Source of the DNA: an uncultured Steroidobacteraceae bacterium
GTDB taxonomy: Bacteria; Chloroflexota; Limnocylindria; QHBO01
Length of the DNA stretch: 31,244 nucleotides
Direction of reading: 5' to 3'
Assembly (NCBI GenBank): GCA_964552085.1
Contig: CAZKFP010000025.1
Span: forward strand, 1-31,244
Under the pieces are notes generated by a model that ran no database searches, was not told the origin of the DNA, and saw nothing but the letters and a program-made list of their open reading frames with translations. Within the stretch, counting starts at the first letter, position 1. The number at the start of each line of letters is the position of its first letter. Shown piece after piece: positions 17,106-24,682 of this stretch. Position numbers and translations under genes: made by a program.

Positions 17106-17438
17106 TTGTTCACCTACACCGACAAGACGCTGTCGTGCGTCGACTGCAACACGGAGTTCTCGTTCACCGCGAGCGACCAGCAGTTCTACGCCGACCGTCA
17201 GTTCAGCGAGCCGCGCCGATGTCCGGCGTGCCGCGCCGCCAAGAAGGCGGCCCGCGGCGAGAGCTCGGGTGGCTACGGCAACGGCGGCGGCGGCTACGGC
17301 GGCGGCGGCGGTGGCTACGGCGACCGTCCGCGCGAGATGTTCAGCGCCACCTGCGATGGCTGTGGCAAGGAAGCCCGCGTTCCGTTCCGACCGACCGGCA
17401 CGAAGCCCGTCTACTGCAGCGACTGCTTCCGCCGCTAG
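17106..17438 (+). CDS. Double zinc-ribbon protein (N-terminal zinc ribbon, Gly/Tyr-rich linker, CxxC-x17-CxxC domain)
   Basis: DKTLSCVDC..EF.FTASDQQFY...EPRRCPACR; GYG repeats; REMFSATCDGCG..ARVPFRP...KPVYCSDCF. AAGGAG SD at 17090-17095, TTG start. Confidence 0.9.
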   Translation: MFTYTDKTLSCVDCNTEFSFTASDQQFYADRQFSEPRRCPACRAAKKAARGESSGGYGNGGGGYGGGGGGYGDRPREMFSATCDGCGKEARVPFRPTGTKPVYCSDCFRR

Positions 17439-17460
17439 GCGAAGCGCTCACGCACCGATA

Positions 17461-17489
17461 CGACCCGGCCGGGGAGACCCGCCGGGTCG
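17461..17489. terminator. GC-rich hairpin between convergent genes; probable terminator
   Basis: CGACCCGGC-c-GGG-GAGA-CCC-GCCGGGTCG: 12-bp stem with one bulge and a GAGA tetraloop. Only a short T tail (TT) follows. Confidence 0.6.
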
Positions 17490-17493
17490 TTCG

Positions 17494-17886
17494 CTATTCC
17501 GCGTCGGCGTCGTCCTTGACGGATCCCCAGGGCGCCGCCCAGGGATAGCGACGGCTCGCCGCCTCGAGCGCCTCGAGCATCCTCGATCGCGCACCCGCCA
17601 GGACCTCCGTCGCACGCGCGATCTCCGCCGCGTCGGCGTTCGCGTGCTCGGCCTCGGCACGCAGCGCCTGCGACACCCGCCGGTACGCCTGGATCCCGTC
17701 ATTCGCCGATCGAGTGATCTGGCCGGTGGCCTGCCGAAGGTGCTTGAGCTGCTCCTCTGGACGCGCGTCATCGCTGATCTGGCGATCCAGGATCGTGCTC
17801 AGCTCCTCGATCCGCTTCGTCGCGCGGTCGATGGCGCGAAGGTCGGCTGAGCTGCGCCGGGAGAGACGGCTGTGCGATCGGATCAA
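17494..17886 (-). CDS. Hypothetical alpha-helical protein (start uncertain)
   Basis: Coding-like codon bias from about RAIDRATKRIEELSTILDRQI; fills the space between the terminator and the META gene; no recognised motif. Confidence 0.6.
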   Translation of the reverse strand: MIRSHSRLSRRSSADLRAIDRATKRIEELSTILDRQISDDARPEEQLKHLRQATGQITRSANDGIQAYRRVSQALRAEAEHANADAAEIARATEVLAGARSRMLEALEAASRRYPWAAPWGSVKDDADAE

Positions 17887-17909
17887 GGGTCAAGGGTACA
17901 GCTTCGGCG

Positions 17910-18674
17910 CTACTCCCGGGCGCGGTAGACCAGGCCGGACCCGTCCGCATCGGTCAGGGTCAACCGATCGCCCTCCAGCGTCGGTGCGAACCCATCACCG
18001 ATGACGCTCGCGACGTGTGCATCCTGCTCGCTCACGTCGGGTGGGCACGCGTTGTCGGTCATCGCGAGCGCGTGGGCGAGGATCTCGCCGCGGCGCTCGA
18101 CCCAGGCGCCGCCGAAGCCCCGGCACCCGGTCGAGCCGCTCAGCGTTCCGTCCGAGCGCAGCTCGAGCGTCGCCGGCTCCCCCACCGGTGAGCTGGCGAC
18201 CGCGCCGGCGACGACCGTCTCGAGCAACCACGTCGTGTCGAGCAGCTCGGCGGTCGGCGGTGGCGGCAGCGCCTCGAAGCGAAGGCTCGTGTTCGGGCCA
18301 CCGAGAACGAGCTCCTCGCCGTCCCGATCGACGGCGGTCACGGCGGACAGGGCCGCCATGTACGCGGCCTCCGACGCCGCGACCGGCGCCTCGCAGCCCA
18401 TCGCCGTCATGGCGATCTCCTCGAAGGCGACGCCGCCGCCGCGCGCGGCGAGGCGGCCGCCGTAGTGGTTGCACGCCGCCGTCCCGTCGAACTCCGACCC
18501 GGCGATCGTCAGCGTGATCGGATGCCCGTCGACGAGCGGCACGTCGCCCTGCGCCGTCTCGCCCGCGATCAGCCGCCAGCTCCCCTCGGCGTCCACCTCG
18601 CCGCCCGGGGGCTCGGCGGACCCGCACGCGGCGAGAGCGAGGACGAGAACGACGAGGGCAGGAGCGAGTCTCAT
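17910..18674 (-). CDS. Lipoprotein with two META (HslJ-like) domains
   Basis: Lipobox LAAC; two repeats of W.L...G...CN/CR..GG...MT..AC..E; C-terminal L.LT..DG..LVYR. Confidence 0.88.
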   Translation of the reverse strand: MRLAPALVVLVLALAACGSAEPPGGEVDAEGSWRLIAGETAQGDVPLVDGHPITLTIAGSEFDGTAACNHYGGRLAARGGGVAFEEIAMTAMGCEAPVAASEAAYMAALSAVTAVDRDGEELVLGGPNTSLRFEALPPPPTAELLDTTWLLETVVAGAVASSPVGEPATLELRSDGTLSGSTGCRGFGGAWVERRGEILAHALAMTDNACPPDVSEQDAHVASVIGDGFAPTLEGDRLTLTDADGSGLVYRARE

Positions 18675-18718
18675 GCCCGTAGGGACGCCGCCAGGGTCGG
18701 ATCGGTTGCCACCGCGTC

Positions 18719-20077
18719 TCATCCGAGGCGCCGCTCGATGAAGCGCCCCGGCAGAGCTCCGGGCGCGGCACCGCGACTCAGGACGCGCGCGGGCGCGCCC
18801 CGCAGCGAACGGCCCTCGTACGGGGTGTAATCACTCGTGTGGTGCAGGTCCTCCTGGCGCAGTGTGCGGGTCGCGGACGGGTCCCACAGGACGAGATCCG
18901 CGTCACGCCCGACCTCGATCGTGCCCTTCGACGGCAGGCCGAAGAGGCGCGCCGGCGTCGTCGAGAGCAGGTCGACCATGCGCTCCACGCCGAGCCGTCC
19001 CGCCGCCACGCCCTCCGAGTACACGACGCCGAGCAGCGTCTCGATACCCGGCCCGCCGTTGCTGATCTCCGGAAACGGCGGCGCGGGGAGCCGCTTCTCG
19101 GTGTCGAGCCGGTCGGGGACGTGGTCGCTGCCGATGACGTCGAGCGTGCCGTCGCGCAGCCCGGCCCAGAGGGCCTCGACGTCGCGTGAAGAGCGGAGCG
19201 GCGGCGAGATGACGCGCTTCATGACCTCGGCATCGTCCGGGTCGTCGTAGAGCGCGTCGGTCAGGGTCAGGTAGTGCGGGCAGGTCTCCGCGTACACCGG
19301 CTCGCCGCGAGCCTTCGCCTCGGCAACCGCCTCGAGCGCGCCCTCGCACGAGAGGTGAACGACGTAGAGCGGTGCCTCCGCCCGCCGGGCCACCTCGATC
19401 GCCCGGCGCGTCGCCGCGGCCTCCGCCTCGGGGGGCCGGCACGCGGCGTGGACACGCGGCCCCGTCCGGCCGGCGCGCAGTGCCGCTGCGACGAGCGGAT
19501 CGATGATCGCAGGGTCCTCGCAGTGCAGCTGCAGCATGCCGTCGTGCGCGGCGGCGGTGCGCATGACCCGCTCGAGGGCGCCATCGGCCAGGGCGAAGTC
19601 GTAGACCATGAACGCCTTGAACGTCGGCACGCCGGCCGCGATCAGGTCCGGCAGCTCGGCCGCCGGGTCGTCCTGCTGGCCGGTGACGACCGCGCACAGG
19701 CCGTAGTCGATCGCCGCCTCGCCGGCGGTCCGTTCGCGGAACTCGTCCAGGCCGCGGATGAGCGAGCGGGCACCCGCTTCGCTGAGCCCGGTGCCGGGGT
19801 TGTTGAACGTGAGGACCGTCGTCGTGCCGCCGTGCGCGGCGGCGAGGGTGTCCTGCCGGAACCGTTCCGGCTGGGCCTCGCTCGGCAGGCGCAGGTGCGT
19901 GTGGACGTCGATGACGCCGGGTAGGACGAGGAGGCCGGTCGCGTCGATCCGCTCGCCGTCGCCATCGACTTCCGGCCCGATCCGCTCGATCCGCTCGCCG
20001 CTGATCGCGACGTCGGCCCGGACGGTCCCGGTCGCGGTGACGACGCTGCCGCCGACGACGATCCTGTCGCTCACCAC
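18719..20077 (-). CDS. Dihydropyrimidinase/hydantoinase-type cyclic amidohydrolase (start may be GTG 20074)
   Basis: PGVIDVHTH, GGTTT, FKAFM (carboxylated Lys), LHCED, VVHLS, ETCPHYL, SPPLR, GSDH, NGGPGIET and DYTPYEG. Confidence 0.85.
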   Translation of the reverse strand: MVSDRIVVGGSVVTATGTVRADVAISGERIERIGPEVDGDGERIDATGLLVLPGVIDVHTHLRLPSEAQPERFRQDTLAAAHGGTTTVLTFNNPGTGLSEAGARSLIRGLDEFRERTAGEAAIDYGLCAVVTGQQDDPAAELPDLIAAGVPTFKAFMVYDFALADGALERVMRTAAAHDGMLQLHCEDPAIIDPLVAAALRAGRTGPRVHAACRPPEAEAAATRRAIEVARRAEAPLYVVHLSCEGALEAVAEAKARGEPVYAETCPHYLTLTDALYDDPDDAEVMKRVISPPLRSSRDVEALWAGLRDGTLDVIGSDHVPDRLDTEKRLPAPPFPEISNGGPGIETLLGVVYSEGVAAGRLGVERMVDLLSTTPARLFGLPSKGTIEVGRDADLVLWDPSATRTLRQEDLHHTSDYTPYEGRSLRGAPARVLSRGAAPGALPGRFIERRLG

Positions 20078-20093
20078 GCCAGTATGCCGCGAC

Positions 20094-20501
20094 CTACTCG
20101 CTGATCTCGATCTCCTGCGCGCCCTCCCACAGGACGCGGCGCCCCATCTCGGCGAGCTGCTCCCGGCCGTCGACGAGCGTCGCGAAGTGGTTGCCAGCGA
20201 GCGGGCCGACGCGCGAGCTGAAGCTGGCCGCGCCGTACGGGAAGAGGATCTCGCACTCGCTCATCTCGCCGGTGTAGATGAGCAGGTCGCCGGGGGCCGG
20301 GTGCGACGTGTGGTTCTCGAAGCCGACGTCGGGACGCTCGTCGCCGAACGGGACCCAGGTCGACTCGCCGCTCCACTTGCAGTGGATGAGCTTCGAACGG
20401 ATCGGAAGCCAGGCGCGCAGGGCGTCGCGCGTCCTCGGCGCGGCCTCCTCCCAGCGGGCGGTGAAACGCAGGTCCCCGACCCGGATCTGCAGGTCTGCCA
20501 T
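20094..20501 (-). CDS. DUF3830 family protein (cyclophilin-like fold)
   Basis: APRT..A...LP.....IH.KWSGE, ENHTSHPAPGDLL.Y.G..SE.EILFPYG...F.S..G.LAGNHFAT. ATG 20501 lies 7 nt after TATGCT. Confidence 0.85.
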   Translation of the reverse strand: MADLQIRVGDLRFTARWEEAAPRTRDALRAWLPIRSKLIHCKWSGESTWVPFGDERPDVGFENHTSHPAPGDLLIYTGEMSECEILFPYGAASFSSRVGPLAGNHFATLVDGREQLAEMGRRVLWEGAQEIEISE

Positions 20502-20560
20502 GCGGCCCAGCATACGCCGCGGCGCATCGGGCATGATGGCGGGGCATACCGGAGGAAGGC

Positions 20561-20908
20561 ATGGCCGACGCACGCCCGACGATCAGCACGCACGTCCTCG
20601 ACCTCGCCAGCGGAGAGCCCGCCGTCGGGCTCGAGGTGGCCCTCTTCCGCCTCGCCGATGACGGCAGCCCCGAGCTCGTGAGCGAGCTTCGGACCGATGC
20701 CGATGGGCGCATCCACGACCTGCTCGACGGCGCTGAACTCGCCGCGGGCGACTACCAGCTCGCCTTCGACGTCGGAGGCTATGCCGACGAGCCGGACGCA
20801 TTCTTCCAGAGCGCCGGCTTCGCCCTGCGAGTCACCGACGTACGCCGCTCGTACCACGTCCCGCTCCTGCTCAGCCCGTACGGGATGAGCACGTACCGGG
20901 GCAGCTGA
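20561..20908 (+). CDS. uraH: 5-hydroxyisourate hydrolase (transthyretin-like)
   Basis: ISTHVLD...G.PA, TDADGR, YHVPLLLSPYG and C-terminal YRGS signature; GGAGG SD. Confidence 0.96.
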   Translation: MADARPTISTHVLDLASGEPAVGLEVALFRLADDGSPELVSELRTDADGRIHDLLDGAELAAGDYQLAFDVGGYADEPDAFFQSAGFALRVTDVRRSYHVPLLLSPYGMSTYRGS

Positions 20909-20912
20909 GCGC

Positions 20913-21881
20913 GTGCACGCCCTCGACGAGCTCAACGCCATGGAGCGCGACGCGTTCGTCGCCGCCCTCTCCCCGCTTTTCGAGGGCGCGCCGCGCTTCC
21001 TCGGGCGCCTCGCCGACGCGCGCCCCTTCGAAACCGAGGACGATCTGTTCGAAGCCGCCCGCGCGACCGCGCGCGAGATGCCCGAGGAGGAACAGATCGA
21101 GCTGCTCGACGCCCACCCGCGGATCGGCGCCGATCCTGCGCGGATGTCGGAGAGCTCGCGCCGCGAGCAGGAGCCCGAGGAGGAGGGCGGCGCCGGCGAG
21201 CCGGCCTGGGTCGGAGAGGAGCTCACGGCGCTGAACGAGGCGTACGAGGGACGCTTCGGCTTTCGCTTCGTCGTCTTCGTCGCCGGTCGGCCGCGGACCG
21301 ACCTCATCCCGATCCTCGAGCGCGCCCTGCACGCCGATCGCGGCGAGGAGCTGCGCCGCGGGCTCGACGACGTCGTCCTTATCGCCGCCGACCGCATGGC
21401 GCTCCAGCGCGGCCCGCGTCCGCTGCGCGAAGAGCTGCGCGAGGCGATCGCACTCGAGGTCTCGCGCCACATGGTCGGCGAAATCGACCGCGAGGGCCTC
21501 GTCCGCGCTGCCCACCGGCTCATCGAGGAGGGCGTCGAGTCCCCCGCCCTCATCGCGCTGTCGCTCCCCGACGAGGGCGAAGAGCGGGACCTCGCCGCCG
21601 CGACGGACCGGCTCATGGCCGAGATCGGCCTCGAGGGCTGGGACGCCTCGCGCGCCGGTCAGCTGCTGGCGCTCCACGCGGCGGCCTCGATCCTCGGTGA
21701 GGTGAGCCAGCCGATCGACGGGGCGCGACGGATCGCAGCGGTCTCGGGCAACGCGCAGTTTCGCGAGCTCGTGACCCGCTGGGAGTCCGAGCCGGACGCG
21801 CAAGGCGCACTGGACGAGGAGATCCGGCGCGCGGCGGCGGAGCTGTTCGGCCCGCCGGACGAGGCGGGAGACGGCTCGTGA
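20913..21881 (+). CDS. uraD: OHCU decarboxylase with an additional ~155-aa C-terminal helical domain
   Basis: LNAM...FVAAL..LFE, LLDAHPRIG, S.REQ and LNEAYE.RFGFRFVVFVAG. The frame continues ~155 aa past the usual end with no stop. Confidence 0.88.
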   Translation: MHALDELNAMERDAFVAALSPLFEGAPRFLGRLADARPFETEDDLFEAARATAREMPEEEQIELLDAHPRIGADPARMSESSRREQEPEEEGGAGEPAWVGEELTALNEAYEGRFGFRFVVFVAGRPRTDLIPILERALHADRGEELRRGLDDVVLIAADRMALQRGPRPLREELREAIALEVSRHMVGEIDREGLVRAAHRLIEEGVESPALIALSLPDEGEERDLAAATDRLMAEIGLEGWDASRAGQLLALHAAASILGEVSQPIDGARRIAAVSGNAQFRELVTRWESEPDAQGALDEEIRRAAAELFGPPDEAGDGS

Positions 21882-22801
21882 GTCACGAGATCCGGTACGG
21901 CAAGGCCGATGTCAAGGTGTACCGCACGCACGCCGAGCCGCTCACCGGCATCACGCCCGTACCGGAGTCGCCGTTCGTCGGCCGCGACAACACGCTCAGC
22001 GCGGCCGAGATCGAGGTCGTCGTCCACGGCACCGCCTTCCTCGACGCGTATACGAAGGGCGACAACCGCCTCGTCGTCGCCACCGACACGATGAAGAACT
22101 TCATCCACGCCGTCTCGCTCGGCGCCCGTGGTCGCGCCCTCGAAGAGTGGCTCCTCGAGGTCGGGACCGCGTTCCTCGACACGTACCCGCACATGGAGCG
22201 CCTCACGATGCACGGGCGCGACCTGCCCTTCCCCGCCGCCATCGTCCCGGGAACGGACGGCTTCGAGGCCTCCGACCGGCTCTTCGCGCGCGATCGATGC
22301 GACTTCGGCACCGCGCGCCTCGAGCTCTCGCGCGACGCGGACGGCACGGTCGAAGTCACCGACCATGAGTCGGGCCGGCGCGAGCTCCAGCTCATCAAGC
22401 TCACCGGCTCCGCGTTCGCCGACTTCGCCCGCGACGAGCACACGACCCTGCCCGAGCGCCGGGACCGGCCGCTCTACATCTGGTGCGACATCGGCTGGCG
22501 CTACACCGATGCCGCGCACGCGGTCCTCTCCGATCCGGCGCGCTACGTCGCCGCCGAGCAGGTCGCCGACCTCGCGAACGCCGTCTTCCACGAGTTCGTC
22601 AGCCTCTCGATCCAGCACCTCGTCAACGAGATCGGCCTGCGCATGCTCGACCGCTGGCCACAGCTGGCCGAGGTCAGCTTCGACGCGCAGAACCGGCTCT
22701 GGGATCTCGTGGCCGAGTCGCCGGACGACGACCGCGTCCGAACGTACACCGACCCACGCCCACCGTACGGGCACATCGGCCTCGTCCTCCGTCGCGACTG
22801 A
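21878..22801 (+). CDS. pucL: Urate oxidase (factor-independent uricase)
   Basis: YGKADVKVYR, DNRLVVATDTMKNFI, LIKLTGSAFADF, SIQHL and QNRLWD; GTGA overlap with uraD. Confidence 0.93.
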   Translation: MSHEIRYGKADVKVYRTHAEPLTGITPVPESPFVGRDNTLSAAEIEVVVHGTAFLDAYTKGDNRLVVATDTMKNFIHAVSLGARGRALEEWLLEVGTAFLDTYPHMERLTMHGRDLPFPAAIVPGTDGFEASDRLFARDRCDFGTARLELSRDADGTVEVTDHESGRRELQLIKLTGSAFADFARDEHTTLPERRDRPLYIWCDIGWRYTDAAHAVLSDPARYVAAEQVADLANAVFHEFVSLSIQHLVNEIGLRMLDRWPQLAEVSFDAQNRLWDLVAESPDDDRVRTYTDPRPPYGHIGLVLRRD

Positions 22802-22816
22802 GGCCGATCCCGCCGT

Positions 22817-23260
22817 TCAGGCGCGCCGAGCCCCGATCATCGCGGGGTGGTCGATCGCGGGGCACCGATTCATGACGACCTCCAGGCCGGCGTCGGCCGC
22901 GCGTCTGGCGGCATCCTCGTTCCAGACCTCGAGCTGCATCCAGATCGCCTTCGCGCCAATGGCGATCGCCTCTTCGACGTGCGGCATGACGAGGTCGGAG
23001 CGACGAAAGATGTCGACGACCTCGATCGGCGCGCGCGGATCGACCGGCACCGAGACGAGATCGGGATAGGCCGGCTTGTCGTGGACGAGCTCTTCGTTCG
23101 GGTTGACCGGCACGACGCCGTAGCCCTGGCTGAGCAGGTAGCGCGAGACCCCGAAGGACGCCCGCCACGGGTGCGACGAGCACCCGACGACGGCCCACAC
23201 GCGGTACGTGCGAAGGATGTGCTCGGCGACCCTCGGATCGCTCCAGTCGCGCTCGGTCAC
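22817..23260 (-). CDS. CoA-binding domain protein (YccU-like)
   Basis: WAVVGCS, GY.VVPVNP, AYPDL, VVDIFRRS, KAIWMQL and VVMNRC; GTGA overlap with ruvA. Confidence 0.88.
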   Translation of the reverse strand: MTERDWSDPRVAEHILRTYRVWAVVGCSSHPWRASFGVSRYLLSQGYGVVPVNPNEELVHDKPAYPDLVSVPVDPRAPIEVVDIFRRSDLVMPHVEEAIAIGAKAIWMQLEVWNEDAARRAADAGLEVVMNRCPAIDHPAMIGARRA

Positions 23261-23832
23261 CGGCGCTGCGCCAGCTCCTGGAGTGCGGCCCTGATGCGGG
23301 CGTCGAGCTCGCCGTTCGTTCCCGCCACCGCGCCCGCGGCCCGCCGCGCCTCCTGGACCGAGTAGCCCAGCGACTCGAGGGCGGCCACGACGTCCGAGTC
23401 GGTCGAACCGGCACCACCCGCGGCGATGCCGGCAGCGTGGACCTTCTCCTTGAGCTCGAGGATAATCCGCTGCGCCGTCTTGCGGCCGACGCCCGAGACC
23501 GAGGTGAAGACGTCGACGTCGTCGGTGACGATCGCCAGCTGCAGCCTCGTCACCGGATGCGCCGCGGTGATGGCGAGCGCGAGGCGCGGGCCGACCTGCG
23601 AGACCGTCATGAGGAGCTCGAAGAAGGCGAGCTCCTCGGTCGTCGCGAAGCCGAAGAGCGCCTGCTGGTCCTCGCGCACGAGGTGATGGGTGTAGACCGA
23701 TGCCTCGGTCCCGCTGCGCAGCTTCGCGAGCAGGGCGGGCCCCGCGACGACGCGATAGCCGATGCCTCCGACCTCGATGAGCGCGAAATCGAGGCCGATG
23801 TGCGCAACGACACCGCGCAGCGAGCCGATCAA
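23257..23832 (-). CDS. ruvA: Holliday junction branch migration protein RuvA
   Basis: MIGSLRG, EVGGIGY, LVREDQQALFGF, VSQVGPRLAL, VSGVGRKTAQRIILELKEK and ALESLGY. TTG 23832 overlaps the ruvC stop. Confidence 0.95.
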   Translation of the reverse strand: MIGSLRGVVAHIGLDFALIEVGGIGYRVVAGPALLAKLRSGTEASVYTHHLVREDQQALFGFATTEELAFFELLMTVSQVGPRLALAITAAHPVTRLQLAIVTDDVDVFTSVSGVGRKTAQRIILELKEKVHAAGIAAGGAGSTDSDVVAALESLGYSVQEARRAAGAVAGTNGELDARIRAALQELAQRR

Positions 23833-24323
23833 CCGATCACCGCTCTCGGCTCCGAGGCGGCGCGGTACGCGCAGCCGATGGCGATGGCGAGGGCGTCGGT
23901 CGCGTCGTCGGGGACGCCCGCCAGGCTCACGCCGAGGAGCCGCTCGACCATTGCCGCGACCTGCCGCTTGTCGGCGGAGCCGTTGCCGCAGATCGTCTGC
24001 TTCACCTCGTTCGGCGTCGGCTCGTCGATCGGCAGCCGGGCCTCCGCGGCGGCGAGGAGCGCGATCCCGCGCGCCTGGCCGACCGCCATGGCGGTCTGGA
24101 CGTTGCGCTGGAAGAAGAGCCGCTCGACCCCGACGCGCTGCGGCCGGTGCTCGGCGATGAGCGCGCGGAGGGCGTCGTGCAGCTGCTGCAACCGGTTCGC
24201 ATCGGTATCGTCGGCCGGCGTTCGAATGCAACCCGCATCGATGAGGCGCAGCGATCCCCCGTCGAGCGACACGACTCCGAAACCGCACACGGCCGTCCCC
24301 GGATCGATGCCCAGCGTGATCAC
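23829..24323 (-). CDS. ruvC: Holliday junction resolvase RuvC
   Basis: LGIDPG, VERLFFQRN, VGQARG, TPNEVKQ, G.ADKRQV and DDATDALAIA. Confidence 0.96.
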   Translation of the reverse strand: MITLGIDPGTAVCGFGVVSLDGGSLRLIDAGCIRTPADDTDANRLQQLHDALRALIAEHRPQRVGVERLFFQRNVQTAMAVGQARGIALLAAAEARLPIDEPTPNEVKQTICGNGSADKRQVAAMVERLLGVSLAGVPDDATDALAIAIGCAYRAASEPRAVIG

Positions 24324-24359
24324 GCGAGCATGGTAGGCGAAATTGTCCGTACGGCGGGG

Positions 24360-24414
24360 TTGACATCGTACGAAGTGTGTCGTACGCTATGGGCACGTCC
24401 GAAAGATGTCGGAC
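24360..24414 (+). promoter_or_regulatory. Near-consensus sigma70 promoter overlapped by two palindromic operators
   Basis: TTGACA (24360-24365), 17-bp spacer, TACGCT (24383-24388); GTACGA-N6-TCGTAC at 24368-24385 and GTCCGA-N6-TCGGAC at 24397-24414. Confidence 0.75.
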
Positions 24415-24456
24415 ACGAACTCCCTGGTCGGACGAAGGGACGGTAAACGAGAAGCA

Positions 24457-24654
24457 ATGATGATTCTGCCGAACCCCGGCGTCCTGGACGACCTGATCCG
24501 GGATCGTCAGGCACACCTCCACGCGGGGCCGCGGCACGCCCGCCCCGGCCTGCGCATTCGCGTCGGCCACGCCCTGATCGTGGCCGGCAGCGCCCTGAGC
24601 GGTGAGCGGATCGAGCTGCCCGCTCGCCACTCCTCGCTCCACTTCCCCGCCTGA
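24457..24654 (+). CDS. 65-aa hypothetical protein upstream of the regulator
   Basis: MMILPNPGVLDDLIRDRQAHLHAG...LRIRVGHALIVAGSALSG; first ORF behind the strong promoter and ends 28 nt before the regulator. Confidence 0.6.
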   Translation: MMILPNPGVLDDLIRDRQAHLHAGPRHARPGLRIRVGHALIVAGSALSGERIELPARHSSLHFPA

Positions 24655-24682
24655 CCAACCCGAACCGCACGAGGTCCGTCTC

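Noticed and set aside
17268-17321. GGCTACGGC repeated three times
   Set aside because: Coding Gly-Tyr-Gly linker of the zinc-ribbon protein; no spacer structure.
19943-20003. Repeated CGATCCGCTCG
   Set aside because: Encodes ERI repeats in the amidohydrolase N-terminal strands.
20515-20524. CGCCGCGGCG palindrome in the uraH/DUF3830 divergent promoter
   Set aside because: All-GC 10-mer expected by chance, and it does not match the XDH promoter palindrome.
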